Assembly: GCA_963704035.1 (NCBI GenBank)
Contig: CAVPGR010000004.1
Location: forward strand, 1,157,174-1,221,173
Direction of reading: 5' to 3'
DNA from: an uncultured Actinomycetes bacterium
GTDB lineage: Bacteria > Actinomycetota > Acidimicrobiia > IMCC26256 > JAOSJL01
DNA: 64,000 bases
In this document: in pieces, positions 43,426-52,149 of the stretch
How positions within the stretch are numbered: position 1 is the stretch's first letter
Layout of the letters: each line of letters opens with the position of its first letter
The notes under the pieces: model-generated
The model's database searches: none
Seen by the model: only the letters and a program-made list of their open reading frames with translations
What the model was told of the DNA's origin: nothing
Made by a program: the position numbers and the translations under genes

Positions 43426-43467
43426 CGCACTGCCAGGCGCCGCGGGAACTACGGAGCTCGGCGGGGC

Positions 43468-43725
43468 GTGGGCCCAGGCGCCGCCGATACGCTGATGGAG
43501 ATGCTTCCACCGGTGGGTTGGGCCGACGTCGCCACGAAGCGGGATCTCGAGGTTCTCGAGATGCGACTCGACTCCTTGGAGCAGCGGATGGACTCCCGCT
43601 TCGACGCTCTGCGCTTCGAGCTCACGGGCGAGATGCATGCGCTCAAGGCGTCGATCTTCAAATGGATGCTTCCCACGATGCTGACCGGTCTGGGCTTTGC
43701 CGCAGCCCTCGGGCGACTCAGCTAG
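43468..43725 (+). pseudogene. DUF1640-like protein, 5'-truncated second copy
   Basis: ADTLMEMLPPVGWADVATKRDLEVLEMRLDSLEQRMDSRF...GEMHALKASIFKWMLPTMLTGLGFAAALGRLS. It lacks the ~25-aa N-terminus of the 39044 copy and could still be expressed from ATG 43495. Confidence 0.5.
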
Positions 43726-43730
43726 AGATC

Positions 43731-44303
43731 GTGATCGTCGAGCTTCACCGGCGGGGTGCGCAGCGGTTCACGCAGGTCGTCGACGCCATCGGTGACGACG
43801 ACTGGCGCCGGCCGACGCCGTGCACCGAGTGGGATGTCACCGCGCTGCTCGACCACAACGTCGGCGAGAACCTGTGGGTGACGCCGATCCTCGAGGGGCA
43901 GACGATCGACGAGGTGGGGGAGCGCTTCGAGGGCGACGTCCTCGGCGACGACCCGAAGCGCGCGTGGCGGGAATCGGCCGAGGCGGCCTGCGAGGCAGCC
44001 GAGGGCCTCGATGATGTCCAGACCGTCGTGCACCTCTCGTTCGGCGATCTGCCCGCCGAGGAGTACCTCTGGCAGCGCTACGCCGACTTCATCGTGCACG
44101 CGTGGGATCTCGCCCGCGGCATCGGCGCCGACGACCACCTCGGCGCCGACCTCGTCGAGCCGTGTCTCACGTGGGCCGAGCCCTACGCCGAGATCTTCGC
44201 GTCGGTGCCCGACTACTTCGATCCGCCGATCACGCCGGCGCCGAACGACGACGCGCAGACCCGACTGCTCAAGCTCTTCGGCCGGCGGCCACTGCATGGA
44301 TGA
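43731..44303 (+). CDS. TIGR03086-type DinB-like protein (tandem paralogue)
   Basis: GTG 43731. Motifs: PTPCTEWDVTALLDHNVG, DFIVHAWDLARGIG, LLKLFGRRP. The ORF opens at 43518. Confidence 0.65.
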   Translation: MIVELHRRGAQRFTQVVDAIGDDDWRRPTPCTEWDVTALLDHNVGENLWVTPILEGQTIDEVGERFEGDVLGDDPKRAWRESAEAACEAAEGLDDVQTVVHLSFGDLPAEEYLWQRYADFIVHAWDLARGIGADDHLGADLVEPCLTWAEPYAEIFASVPDYFDPPITPAPNDDAQTRLLKLFGRRPLHG

Positions 44304-44333
44304 TGCCGGGGATTCGTTGCCCGCGCGGTCGGC

Positions 44334-44480
44334 GTCGCAGATGTCGCCAGTCACCTTCGATGTTTACGGACGGTTCGAGGTCGTTGCAGAAAGAGCGTCT
44401 GACGGCGCTTTCCACGAGTGGGCTACGCCAGGCACCTCGATCGCGGTGATCGACGAGTAGGGACCTCGACCGGACCGAAG
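44334..44480. repeat. 147-bp direct repeat, copy 1
   Basis: By-eye alignment to 48166..48312 gives 142/147 identical with no indels. The offset is 3832 bp. Confidence 0.85.
44341..44460 (+). CDS. 39-codon ORF inside repeat copy 1 (coding status uncertain)
   Basis: MSPVTFDVYGRFEVVAERASDGAFHEWATPGTSIAVIDE. No obvious SD sequence. Confidence 0.3.
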   Translation: MSPVTFDVYGRFEVVAERASDGAFHEWATPGTSIAVIDE

Positions 44481-44646
44481 AAGGAAGGAGGAGTCGGGCG
44501 CTCGCAGCCGGAAGGTCGACGTCGAACCCTTCGAGCTCGGGCCCTCCGAGGGTCACGCGCTTCATCCACGGGCTCCGATCCTCGACACGTTCGACCTCCA
44601 CGCGCCGGAACGGCGGTGGCGCGTGACGTGTCCGGACGGTACTCAT
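44481..44646 (-). pseudogene. Siderophore-interacting protein (SIP/ViuB-type), N-terminal remnant
   Basis: MSTVRTRHAPPPFRRVEVERVEDRSPWMKRVTLGGPELEGFDVDLPAASARLLLPS matches the SIP FAD-binding N-terminus. Homology ends at the edge of repeat copy 1. The rest of ORF 44269..44646 is antisense to the repeat. Confidence 0.6.
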
Positions 44647-44676
44647 GACAGGTGGCAGTGGTCCGACATCACGCGA

Positions 44677-46272
44677 TCAGTTTCTGATGAGGTCGGCACA
44701 CTTCTCACCGATCATCATCACCGGCGCCTGGATGTTGTTGCTCGTCACGCGCGGCATCACGGAGGCGTCGGCGATTCTGAGGCCCTCGATCCCCCGGACA
44801 CGGAGCTCCGGGTCGACGACGGCCATCGGATCGCCATCGGGCCCCATCCGGCACGTCCCGCACACGTGGTACTCGGTGTCGGCGTGCTCCCTCAGGGTCT
44901 CCTCGATCTCCCGGGGGTCGTCACGGTCGTAGCGAATGACCATTTCCTTGCGGTACGGATCGAACTCGGGGCTGGCCATGACGTCGAGCCCGACCTGCGT
45001 GCCCTTCACCAGTGTCTCCATGTCGTAGGGGTGACTGAAGTACCGCGGGTCGATCGCAGGCGGCACCCGGGTGTCGGGGCCGGCGAGTCGCACCTCGCCC
45101 GTGCTCTTCGGCCTGGCGAGCAGCAGGTGGGCCGAGTAGCCGTGACCGACGTGCTGCTTGCGGCCGTGGTCGTCGGCGATACCCACGAGCAGTTCCATCT
45201 CGATGTCCGACACCTCGACGTCGGGACTGGTGCGGTAGTAGACGCCGGACTCCGCGACACAACTCGTCATCAACCCCGTGCGGTGGCGGCGCCACTCCCA
45301 CGCCGCCTTGAGGAGTCGCGCGACCCCGGTGGCGGAGACGCCGAGGGTGTGATCCGGAATCCGCGCCCGGTAGATCAGGAGCGCCGAGATGTGGTCCTGG
45401 AGATTCTGACCCACACCCGGCACGTCGAGCACGGGGGCGATTCCGAACTCCTGAAGGTGGGCACCGGGTCCGACACCCGACGCCATCAGGATCTGGGGTG
45501 TCCCGAAGGCGCCGGCGGACATGACCACTTCGCGGCGCGCCCGCACGGAGTCCACCCGGTCGCCCCGCTCGTACTCGACCCCTGTCGCACGACGCTGGTC
45601 GAACAAGACGCGAGTGATGTGAGCGTCGGTGCGGACATGGAGATTGGGCCGGTCCAGGTTCGGGTGGATGAAGGCAGCCGCAGCGCTGTGGCGCTCACCG
45701 TCCTTCTGCGTGACCTGAACGCGGTAGCAGCCGTGATGCTCCGCGCCGTTGGGGTCGGGGTTGTACGGGATGCCCTGTGACTGGCACGCCTCCAGAAAGA
45801 CCTCGTTGAGAGGGCTGGGGCTCCGCAGGTTGGTGACGCTCAGTGGACCGTCGACCCCGTGGAACGGGGAGTCCCGGTGGATTGCGTTCGCCTCGGACTT
45901 CTTGAAGAACGGGAGTACGTCGTCGTAACCCCATCCCGCGTTCCCCATGGCGGCCCAGTTGTCGTAGTCACTGCGGTGGCCCCGCGCGTAGACCATCGCG
46001 TTGATCGTGCTCGAGCCCCCGAGTGCCTTGCCGCGTGGCTGGAAACCTCGTCGCCCGTTGAGGCCGGGCTGGGGCACGGTCTCGTGGTGCCAACTGTTGA
46101 TCCCCCGGGGTGCCGCCACCGCGAAGCCCAACGGCGCGCGGATCATCACGCCCCGCCCTTCGCCACCCGCCTCGAGCAGGCACACCGTCACCGACGGATC
46201 CTCGCTGAGACGGCTTGCCACCACGCACCCGGCCGACCCGCCGCCGACGACGACGTAGTCGAACTCGTCCAT
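44677..46272 (-). CDS. GMC-family oxidoreductase (choline-dehydrogenase-like)
   Basis: Motifs: DYVVVGGGSAGCVVASRLSED, GGSSTINAM, and a C-terminal active-site region HVCGTCRMG. 531 aa. Confidence 0.88.
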   Translation of the reverse strand: MDEFDYVVVGGGSAGCVVASRLSEDPSVTVCLLEAGGEGRGVMIRAPLGFAVAAPRGINSWHHETVPQPGLNGRRGFQPRGKALGGSSTINAMVYARGHRSDYDNWAAMGNAGWGYDDVLPFFKKSEANAIHRDSPFHGVDGPLSVTNLRSPSPLNEVFLEACQSQGIPYNPDPNGAEHHGCYRVQVTQKDGERHSAAAAFIHPNLDRPNLHVRTDAHITRVLFDQRRATGVEYERGDRVDSVRARREVVMSAGAFGTPQILMASGVGPGAHLQEFGIAPVLDVPGVGQNLQDHISALLIYRARIPDHTLGVSATGVARLLKAAWEWRRHRTGLMTSCVAESGVYYRTSPDVEVSDIEMELLVGIADDHGRKQHVGHGYSAHLLLARPKSTGEVRLAGPDTRVPPAIDPRYFSHPYDMETLVKGTQVGLDVMASPEFDPYRKEMVIRYDRDDPREIEETLREHADTEYHVCGTCRMGPDGDPMAVVDPELRVRGIEGLRIADASVMPRVTSNNIQAPVMMIGEKCADLIRN

Positions 46273-46378
46273 ACGCGAAACCTACTTCGCGAAGAGATTC
46301 CACCGCGCCGGCTGGCTCACGACGGCGCGCCGACCAGTGGCGCGTCAGCGGCGTGGGTCGTGGCCTGCGACCGTGCGG

Positions 46379-47566
46379 CTACGTCGAGCCGTTCCATCCC
46401 CAGTACTCAGCGGGGCCCGGTCGGCCTTCGACGGAGGCCGCGCAGAAGACGCTGTTCGGCCAGACCGAGAACTTCGCCTGGTTCGAGAACACCCAGGAAT
46501 GGAAGCAGTTCAGGTACACGTAGTTCAGGTACTCGTTGTTGTGCGCTGAATTGGAGATGTCGGGCCAGATCTCATATTTGTTGCCCGCGTTCTTGTAGGC
46601 GTTGACCAGAGTGTCGACCTGCGCCTCGGGAACCCACCCGTCCTTCTTGCCCAACGCCACGTAGATCGGCGGGTCGTTGGCGTCGTAGTGGGTGGAGACC
46701 GACGCCTGGGTCTTTTCCACCGCCTCGCACTTGTCGAGGTTGGCGTTGTTCGCCGTGGATCCGCAACCCAGGTACGCACCCATGAAACCCGGCATGGCGT
46801 TCGCCGACGTTGGATCGCAGTATGGGTCGGCCTGGCAGTGTGCCTTCCAGGACACGAAGTTCAGGGGGCCTGATCGGGTGACAACGGCGTCGACCCGGGA
46901 GTTCTGCGCAGCCAGGTCGCTCGGCAGACCGGTGGGCTCGAGCTTTCCGGCTGTCATCCCGGCCAGAGCAGCCAGATGCCCGCCGGCCGAGGTGCCCCAG
47001 AGGAACAGGTTCTCCGACGTCTTGATGCCGAGGTCGACCTGATTCGCCTTGATGTAGCGGATGGCTCGCTTGATGTCATGGAGCGCCTGGGGGTGCGAGT
47101 TCTTCCAGCCGTTGTCGAAACATGACAGGGCGTAGTCGACCGAGACAACCGCCCAACCCTGGGCGACCCAGGCCCAGGCGTTCGGGTCGGGGGACTTGCC
47201 GTTCTTGTACTCCTTGCTTCCCGACATCCATCCGCCGGAATGCAGGAAGAGGATCACGCCGTGCTGCTCGGCGCGGGGGACGCTCGGGCGGTAGACGTCG
47301 AGCTCCTGGTACTTCTCGTCGGTGCAGGGGTCGACCCGCTCCCCGTAGCGTTCGTTGTTGACAGACACCGGAGGGCCGTTGCTGTAGTCGGGGCGCACGT
47401 CGCCACTGATGTTTCCCGGAGGTACAACGGGCGGGTTGGGGACACACGCTGCGCCGATCAGAACCAGAGCGACCGTGAACGCTGCGTACCGTGCGCATCG
47501 CTTCGTGTTGCTTGCCGCTCGTCCCATCAGGCTCCCCCGCCCATCCGAGTTCCGGCTGATCGACAC
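46379..47566 (-). CDS. Secreted alpha/beta-hydrolase (esterase/lipase-like) lipoprotein
   Basis: Lipobox LIGAAC. Motifs HSGGW and GTSAGGHLA (GxSxG). The likely start is at 47527. Confidence 0.75.
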   Translation of the reverse strand: MSISRNSDGRGSLMGRAASNTKRCARYAAFTVALVLIGAACVPNPPVVPPGNISGDVRPDYSNGPPVSVNNERYGERVDPCTDEKYQELDVYRPSVPRAEQHGVILFLHSGGWMSGSKEYKNGKSPDPNAWAWVAQGWAVVSVDYALSCFDNGWKNSHPQALHDIKRAIRYIKANQVDLGIKTSENLFLWGTSAGGHLAALAGMTAGKLEPTGLPSDLAAQNSRVDAVVTRSGPLNFVSWKAHCQADPYCDPTSANAMPGFMGAYLGCGSTANNANLDKCEAVEKTQASVSTHYDANDPPIYVALGKKDGWVPEAQVDTLVNAYKNAGNKYEIWPDISNSAHNNEYLNYVYLNCFHSWVFSNQAKFSVWPNSVFCAASVEGRPGPAEYWGWNGST

Positions 47567-47666
47567 TTATCGGTCAATCGCGCTCAGAGCGAGGGTAGCG
47601 GCAATTCCTACTCTCTGCACCTTTCCGCCCGCTCACGGTCGCCATGCTCACGGGCGTGCGGGCGAA

Positions 47667-48020
47667 ATGCATCAGGCTGTCGGCATCGGCGGTGTCGGCA
47701 TCGTCCTGCCCATTCCGCCCACCACGGTGTTCTTCGTCTTCGCCGCCGGCGCGTTCGCCAAGTCGAGCCCGCGGCTCGAGGCGTGGGTCCTCAACCTGCC
47801 GACGATCGGTCCGGCTGTGCGCGACTACCGGGCCGGCCTCGGGATGCCCAAGCGCGCCAAGGTCACCGCGGCTGTGATGATCGTCGCCTTTGTCAGCCTG
47901 AGCGTCTGGATGCTCGACCACTGGGTACTTCGAGTCGTGGTCGCTCTTGCGGGCGTTGTCGGTGTCCTCGTCGTGCTGTTTCGCGTCCCGACGAAACCGC
48001 CCGCCGACCGACACATCTGA
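47667..48020 (+). CDS. YbaN/DUF454-family inner membrane protein
   Basis: GIVLPIPPTTVFFVFAAGAFAKSSPRLEAWVL...GPAVRDYRAG. ATG 47667. The ORF opens at 47409. Confidence 0.7.
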   Translation: MHQAVGIGGVGIVLPIPPTTVFFVFAAGAFAKSSPRLEAWVLNLPTIGPAVRDYRAGLGMPKRAKVTAAVMIVAFVSLSVWMLDHWVLRVVVALAGVVGVLVVLFRVPTKPPADRHI

Positions 48021-48165
48021 GACCCGACTCGGCGGCGACCGATCCAGATCCAGCAGCTGTCGCTGCAACGCCTTGATACACCGAAGTCGGCACTCTGAAC
48101 GACGTGCGAACCGGGCACACTTGCGGTACGACTAGTACATGACTCCCGACGCGCGCCGTTGCGTT

Positions 48166-48312
48166 GTCGCAGATGTCGGCAGTCACCTTCGATGTCTACG
48201 GACGGTTCGAGGTCGTTGCAGAAGGAGCGTCTGACGGCGCTTTCCACGAGTGGGCTACGCCAGGCACCTCGATCGCGGTGATCGACGAGTAGGAATCTCG
48301 ACCGGACCGAAG
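48166..48312. repeat. 147-bp direct repeat, copy 2
   Basis: See copy 1. Similarity stops sharply after GACCGGACCGAAG. Confidence 0.85.
48173..48292 (+). CDS. 39-codon ORF inside repeat copy 2 (coding status uncertain)
   Basis: MSAVTFDVYGRFEVVAEGASDGAFHEWATPGTSIAVIDE. It has 2 nonsynonymous and 1 synonymous differences from copy 1. Confidence 0.3.
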   Translation: MSAVTFDVYGRFEVVAEGASDGAFHEWATPGTSIAVIDE

Positions 48313-48397
48313 CCTCCCACCGTCCCCCCGACCGTTCCCGGGAAGCCGTGATCGCTGCTGCCGCCGGACGTCGTCGGCGCCCGTAGGATCCCGAACC

Positions 48398-49525
48398 ATG
48401 CTGTTGGCACTTCGAGAGATCGCACGCGCCAAGACCCGCTTCGGTCTGCTGGCGGGAGCCATCGGGCTCCTCGTGTTCCTGATCCTCTTCCAACAGGGGT
48501 TGCTCGGCGGCCTCGTCACCAACTTCATCGGCGCCGTCGACAACCAGAATTCACCCGTGCTGGTCTTCAACGACCAGGCACGCCGCAACGTGGAGGGAAG
48601 CTTCCTCACTCCCGACCAGGCCGAGGGCGTGGCCGGTGTCGACGGCGTTGCGCAGTCGGGGCTCATCGGCGAGGGCACCTACACGGTGGACGCCGGCGGC
48701 GAGATCCAGGACGCCGTGCTCTTCGGCTACGAGCTCGACGGTCTCGGAGAACCTCTGACCCTGAGAAGCGGCCGCCTGCCGACCGGTCCTGACGAGGGTG
48801 TGGCGTCCGCAGCCGACGCCGAGAAGGGGTTCGACGTCGGCGACACCGTCGAGATCGTCGGCGCCGACGGACCTCGCATCACGATCGTCGGCACCGGCGA
48901 CGACCTGCGCTGGAGCGTCTCACCGACGGTCTTCGTCTCCTACGACACGTTCGAGGCCGCGCAACGGGCGGTGAACCCCGACGCCGACGTGGTCCTGCCG
49001 TCGCTGGTGGCCGTCGCCCCCGCCGACGGCGTCGACGCGGGCGAGCTGACCGATCGCATCGACAGCGAGGTTCCCGGCACCGAGGCCCTCACACGCCAGG
49101 AGGCTGTCGACAGCAACCCCGGTGTGCAGGGGGTCAACCAGTCTTTCGGCATCATCCTCGTCCTGGCGTTCCTCGTCGTGGCGCTCGTCGTGGGCTTCTT
49201 CTTCCTCATCCTCACCGTGCAGAAGGCCAAGGCCCTGACGCTGCTTCGCGCCGTCGGCGCCCCCAGCGGGTACCTCGTGCGCAACCTGCTGATTCAGATC
49301 GCTCTCATCCTGGGGGCCGGGGTCGCCGTCGGTGTCGCGCTCGTGGCGCTCGTCGGCGCGGTGAGCCCCACCGGAGACGTCGCCGTCGACCTCGACCCGC
49401 GCACGGCGCTCACGACCATCATCGGGCTTGCGGTCATCGCACTTCTCGGTGGGCTTGCCTCGATCCGTCGGGTGCTGCGGATCGATCCGTTGCGCGCCAC
49501 CCTCGATTCGGGTCGGGAGATCTGA
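48398..49525 (+). CDS. ABC transporter permease (FtsX/MacB-type)
   Basis: 375 aa. N-terminal TM, a large periplasmic loop, then three C-terminal TMs with the LLRAVGA motif. Confidence 0.8.
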   Translation: MLLALREIARAKTRFGLLAGAIGLLVFLILFQQGLLGGLVTNFIGAVDNQNSPVLVFNDQARRNVEGSFLTPDQAEGVAGVDGVAQSGLIGEGTYTVDAGGEIQDAVLFGYELDGLGEPLTLRSGRLPTGPDEGVASAADAEKGFDVGDTVEIVGADGPRITIVGTGDDLRWSVSPTVFVSYDTFEAAQRAVNPDADVVLPSLVAVAPADGVDAGELTDRIDSEVPGTEALTRQEAVDSNPGVQGVNQSFGIILVLAFLVVALVVGFFFLILTVQKAKALTLLRAVGAPSGYLVRNLLIQIALILGAGVAVGVALVALVGAVSPTGDVAVDLDPRTALTTIIGLAVIALLGGLASIRRVLRIDPLRATLDSGREI

Positions 49526-50654
49526 TGCGTCTCGCGTGGCGTGAGCTCATCCGGCGTCCCGGCCGGTTCGCGATCGTGGGCGGCGCGCTCGGCGCTGCTG
49601 GTCTTGCTGTTGCTCTTTCTCGGCGCGCTGCTCGACGGTCTGTTCCTCAACTCCACGGGAGCCATCCGCGCCCAGGACACCGACGCCATCGTGTTCTCCG
49701 ACGACGCCCGCGAGTCGTTCCTGCGCTCCAGGATCGACCCTTCGACGCGTGCCGAGGTCGAGACGGTCGAGGGCGTCGAGACGGTCGGTGGGCTCGGCCT
49801 CTCGCTGCTCGGGGTGGATGTGTCGGGCAGCGACGGCTCCGACGGTTCGGGAACCGGCGACATCGAGGACGGCGCGGTCATCGGCTACGAGCGAGCGACG
49901 GGCACGCTGCCCGAGCCTCCGGGGCCGGGGCAGGCCTACGCCGACCGTGATCTCGGCGATTCCGGTGTCGAGGTGGGCGACACGGTCCTCGTCGGCCCGG
50001 CCGAGGTCCCGCTCGAGATCGTGGGCTGGGTGGACGACAGCAACTACCTGCTCCAGTACGGGCTGTGGGTCGAGCCCGACACGTGGCGCGAGATCCAGAA
50101 CGCCAACCGGCCCGACGCCGTCGTGGCCGCCGGCGAGTTCCAGGTCCTGACCGTGGAGGTCGCACCCGACGCCGATCCCGAGGCCGTCCGGAACCAGATC
50201 GACGACACCACCGGCACCACCGACAGCCTGAGCGAGAACGAGGCCGTGTTCGCCATCCCCGGCATCACCGAGCAGAGCACGACCTTCGGGGCCGTGATCG
50301 GCGTCACGCTGTTCGTCGTCGGTCTCGTCGTGGCGCTGTTCTTCGCGTTGTTGACCCTCGAGCGACTCGGTCTCTACGCGGTCCTCAAGGCGCTCGGCGC
50401 GCTCGACGCCGCGCCTCGTCGTCGGTGTCGTGCTTCAGTCGGTCGCGGTCGCCCTCGGGGCGTTCCTCGTGGGCGGCGCCGTCACGCTGGCCCTCACCGG
50501 GGTCATCCCCGACGCCGTGCCGGTGGAGTTCGAAACCGGGCGCGCCGTGTTCACCGCCGCCGCCGTGGTGGCGACGTCCGTCCTCGGGGCGCTCGTGTCG
50601 CTCCGGCGCATCATCCGCATCGATCCCGCCTCGGCCCTCGGGTCGGGCGTGTAG
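49525..50654 (+). pseudogene. Second FtsX/MacB-type ABC permease with two frame breaks (about 49590 and 50398) as sequenced
   Basis: MRLAWRELIRRPGRFAIVGGAL (frame 1), then ALLVLLLLFLGALLDG...LYAVLKALGA (frame 2), then ...LVVGVVLQSVAVALGAFLVGG...RIDPASALGSGV* (frame 0, ORF 50430..50654). Confidence 0.75.
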
Positions 50655-50662
50655 GAGGAGCC

Positions 50663-51364
50663 ATGTCTCCAACAGAACCGTCCGCAACCGGCCAGTCCGC
50701 ACTCGAACTCCGCGACGTCCGCAAGGTCTACTCGTCGGGCCACGACGAGGTCGTCGCCCTCGACCACGCCACGCTGACCGTCGCGCCCGACGAGGTCGTG
50801 GCCCTGGTGGGGCCCTCCGGGTCGGGCAAGACCACGCTGCTGTCGATCGCCGGGGGTCTGCTCACGCCCTCGGAAGGCACGGTGCGCGTGGACGGGGAGG
50901 TCATCGGCGACTACTCGTCGAAGCAGCTCAGCCGGTTCCGCGGCTCCACGGTGGGCTTCGTGTTCCAGGCGGTGAACCTCGTGCCGTTCCTGACGGCGCG
51001 CGAGAACCTGCTCGTGGTGGCCGAGATGAACGGTCGTCTGAACAAGGAGGCCCGCCGCCGCGCCGACAGTCTGTTGGGCGAGCTCGGCCTCGAGGCCCGC
51101 GCCGGGAACCTGCCCTCCGACCTGTCGGGCGGCGAACGTCAGCGGGTGGCGATCGGCCGCTCGCTCATGAACGACCCGGCGCTGGTGCTCTTCGACGAGC
51201 CGACGTCGTCGCTCGACACGCACCTGGGCGAACAGGTCATGGAGCTCATCTGCGCCCGCACCAAGGGCCGGGACGTCGGCGCCGTCGTCGTGACCCACGA
51301 CCGCCGCATGGCCGCGTTCGCCGACCGGACCGTCGAGATCATCGACGGCCACCTCGCCGCCTGA
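50663..51364 (+). CDS. ABC transporter ATP-binding protein
   Basis: AGGAGG RBS. Motifs: GPSGSGKTT (Walker A), LSGGERQRVAIGR (signature), LVLFDEPTSSLD (Walker B). The listed 607-aa ORF 49541..51364 is a frame artefact that fuses permease and ATPase. Confidence 0.9.
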   Translation: MSPTEPSATGQSALELRDVRKVYSSGHDEVVALDHATLTVAPDEVVALVGPSGSGKTTLLSIAGGLLTPSEGTVRVDGEVIGDYSSKQLSRFRGSTVGFVFQAVNLVPFLTARENLLVVAEMNGRLNKEARRRADSLLGELGLEARAGNLPSDLSGGERQRVAIGRSLMNDPALVLFDEPTSSLDTHLGEQVMELICARTKGRDVGAVVVTHDRRMAAFADRTVEIIDGHLAA

Positions 51365-51401
51365 TCTGACGAGCGGTGATCCTGCGGGATGTCGCTCGCC
51401 C

Positions 51402-52148
51402 CTACTCGACTCGTAGCAGGTCGCAGAACAGCTCGCCGAGGGCAACGAGTTCTTCCGGGGATGCGGTCGACTCACTCGCCTCTGCGTCGGAGCTGATCAG
51501 ACGCGCGGTCCGAGTCGCATCGTGAACGAGCCAGCGTTGCACTGACGACGAGACGAGTGGCGCGAGGTCGAACGGCGCACTTTTGTAGGCGTCTCTCGTC
51601 AGACGGGATCGCGCTAGGAGCTGTGTGAGCCGCACGATGTCGCGGGCGTCGCTCTCGCGCTTGTCTGTTCGGGAATCTCGTCGGTCGGCGATCGCGTGGA
51701 GTTTGCATGCCAGGAGAGCCGCTGCGGACGCAACCGGGAGCTCGGCCTGGGTCTCGCGGAGGCCTTCGACCCGAATGGCCAGCCGCGTGGCGCTCTCCAA
51801 GGCCCATCGGTGACCGAGGACAAAGAGGCGCGGCAGGTCCTCGTCCGGCAATCCGTCAGCATCCTCGGGCAATGCCATCGTGGGCATCACGTCCACCTTG
51901 ACGCCGCCGACGACAAGCCGTTCACCGCCTGCAGGTCCTTCGGGCATGGCAATCGCGAGATCTCCGGGAGCCTCGCCTTCGACCACAAAGTCCACATCGA
52001 CGGTCACCCGGTGAACAGTTGCGATCCGCGCGGTGACTGCGAGCCCCCCGACGAGTGCGGCAGCGGCGAACTCCGGGCGGCCGAAGACCGCTTCTGCAGT
52101 GTGGACCAGGCGCGCGACTGAGCCATCAGGTGTGTCCAGAAGAGTCAC
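51402..52148 (-). CDS. AbiEii-like nucleotidyltransferase (putative type IV TA toxin)
   Basis: LVGGLAVTARI...TVDVDFV is an NTase motif. A C-terminal LACKLHAIADRRD...RDIVRL pattern is present. The start is GTG 52148 or 52160, next to or overlapping the upstream stop. The upstream 130 aa of ORF 51402..52538 is spurious. Confidence 0.55.
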   Translation of the reverse strand: MTLLDTPDGSVARLVHTAEAVFGRPEFAAAALVGGLAVTARIATVHRVTVDVDFVVEGEAPGDLAIAMPEGPAGGERLVVGGVKVDVMPTMALPEDADGLPDEDLPRLFVLGHRWALESATRLAIRVEGLRETQAELPVASAAALLACKLHAIADRRDSRTDKRESDARDIVRLTQLLARSRLTRDAYKSAPFDLAPLVSSSVQRWLVHDATRTARLISSDAEASESTASPEELVALGELFCDLLRVE

Positions 52149-52149
52149 C

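Noticed and set aside
49541-51364. A 607-aa ORF that suggests a fused permease-ATPase ABC protein.
   Set aside because: The middle (~50400-50660) is Arg-rich nonsense in that frame. The true permease C-terminus lies in ORF 50430..50654, and the ATPase has its own AGGAGG RBS and ATG at 50663.
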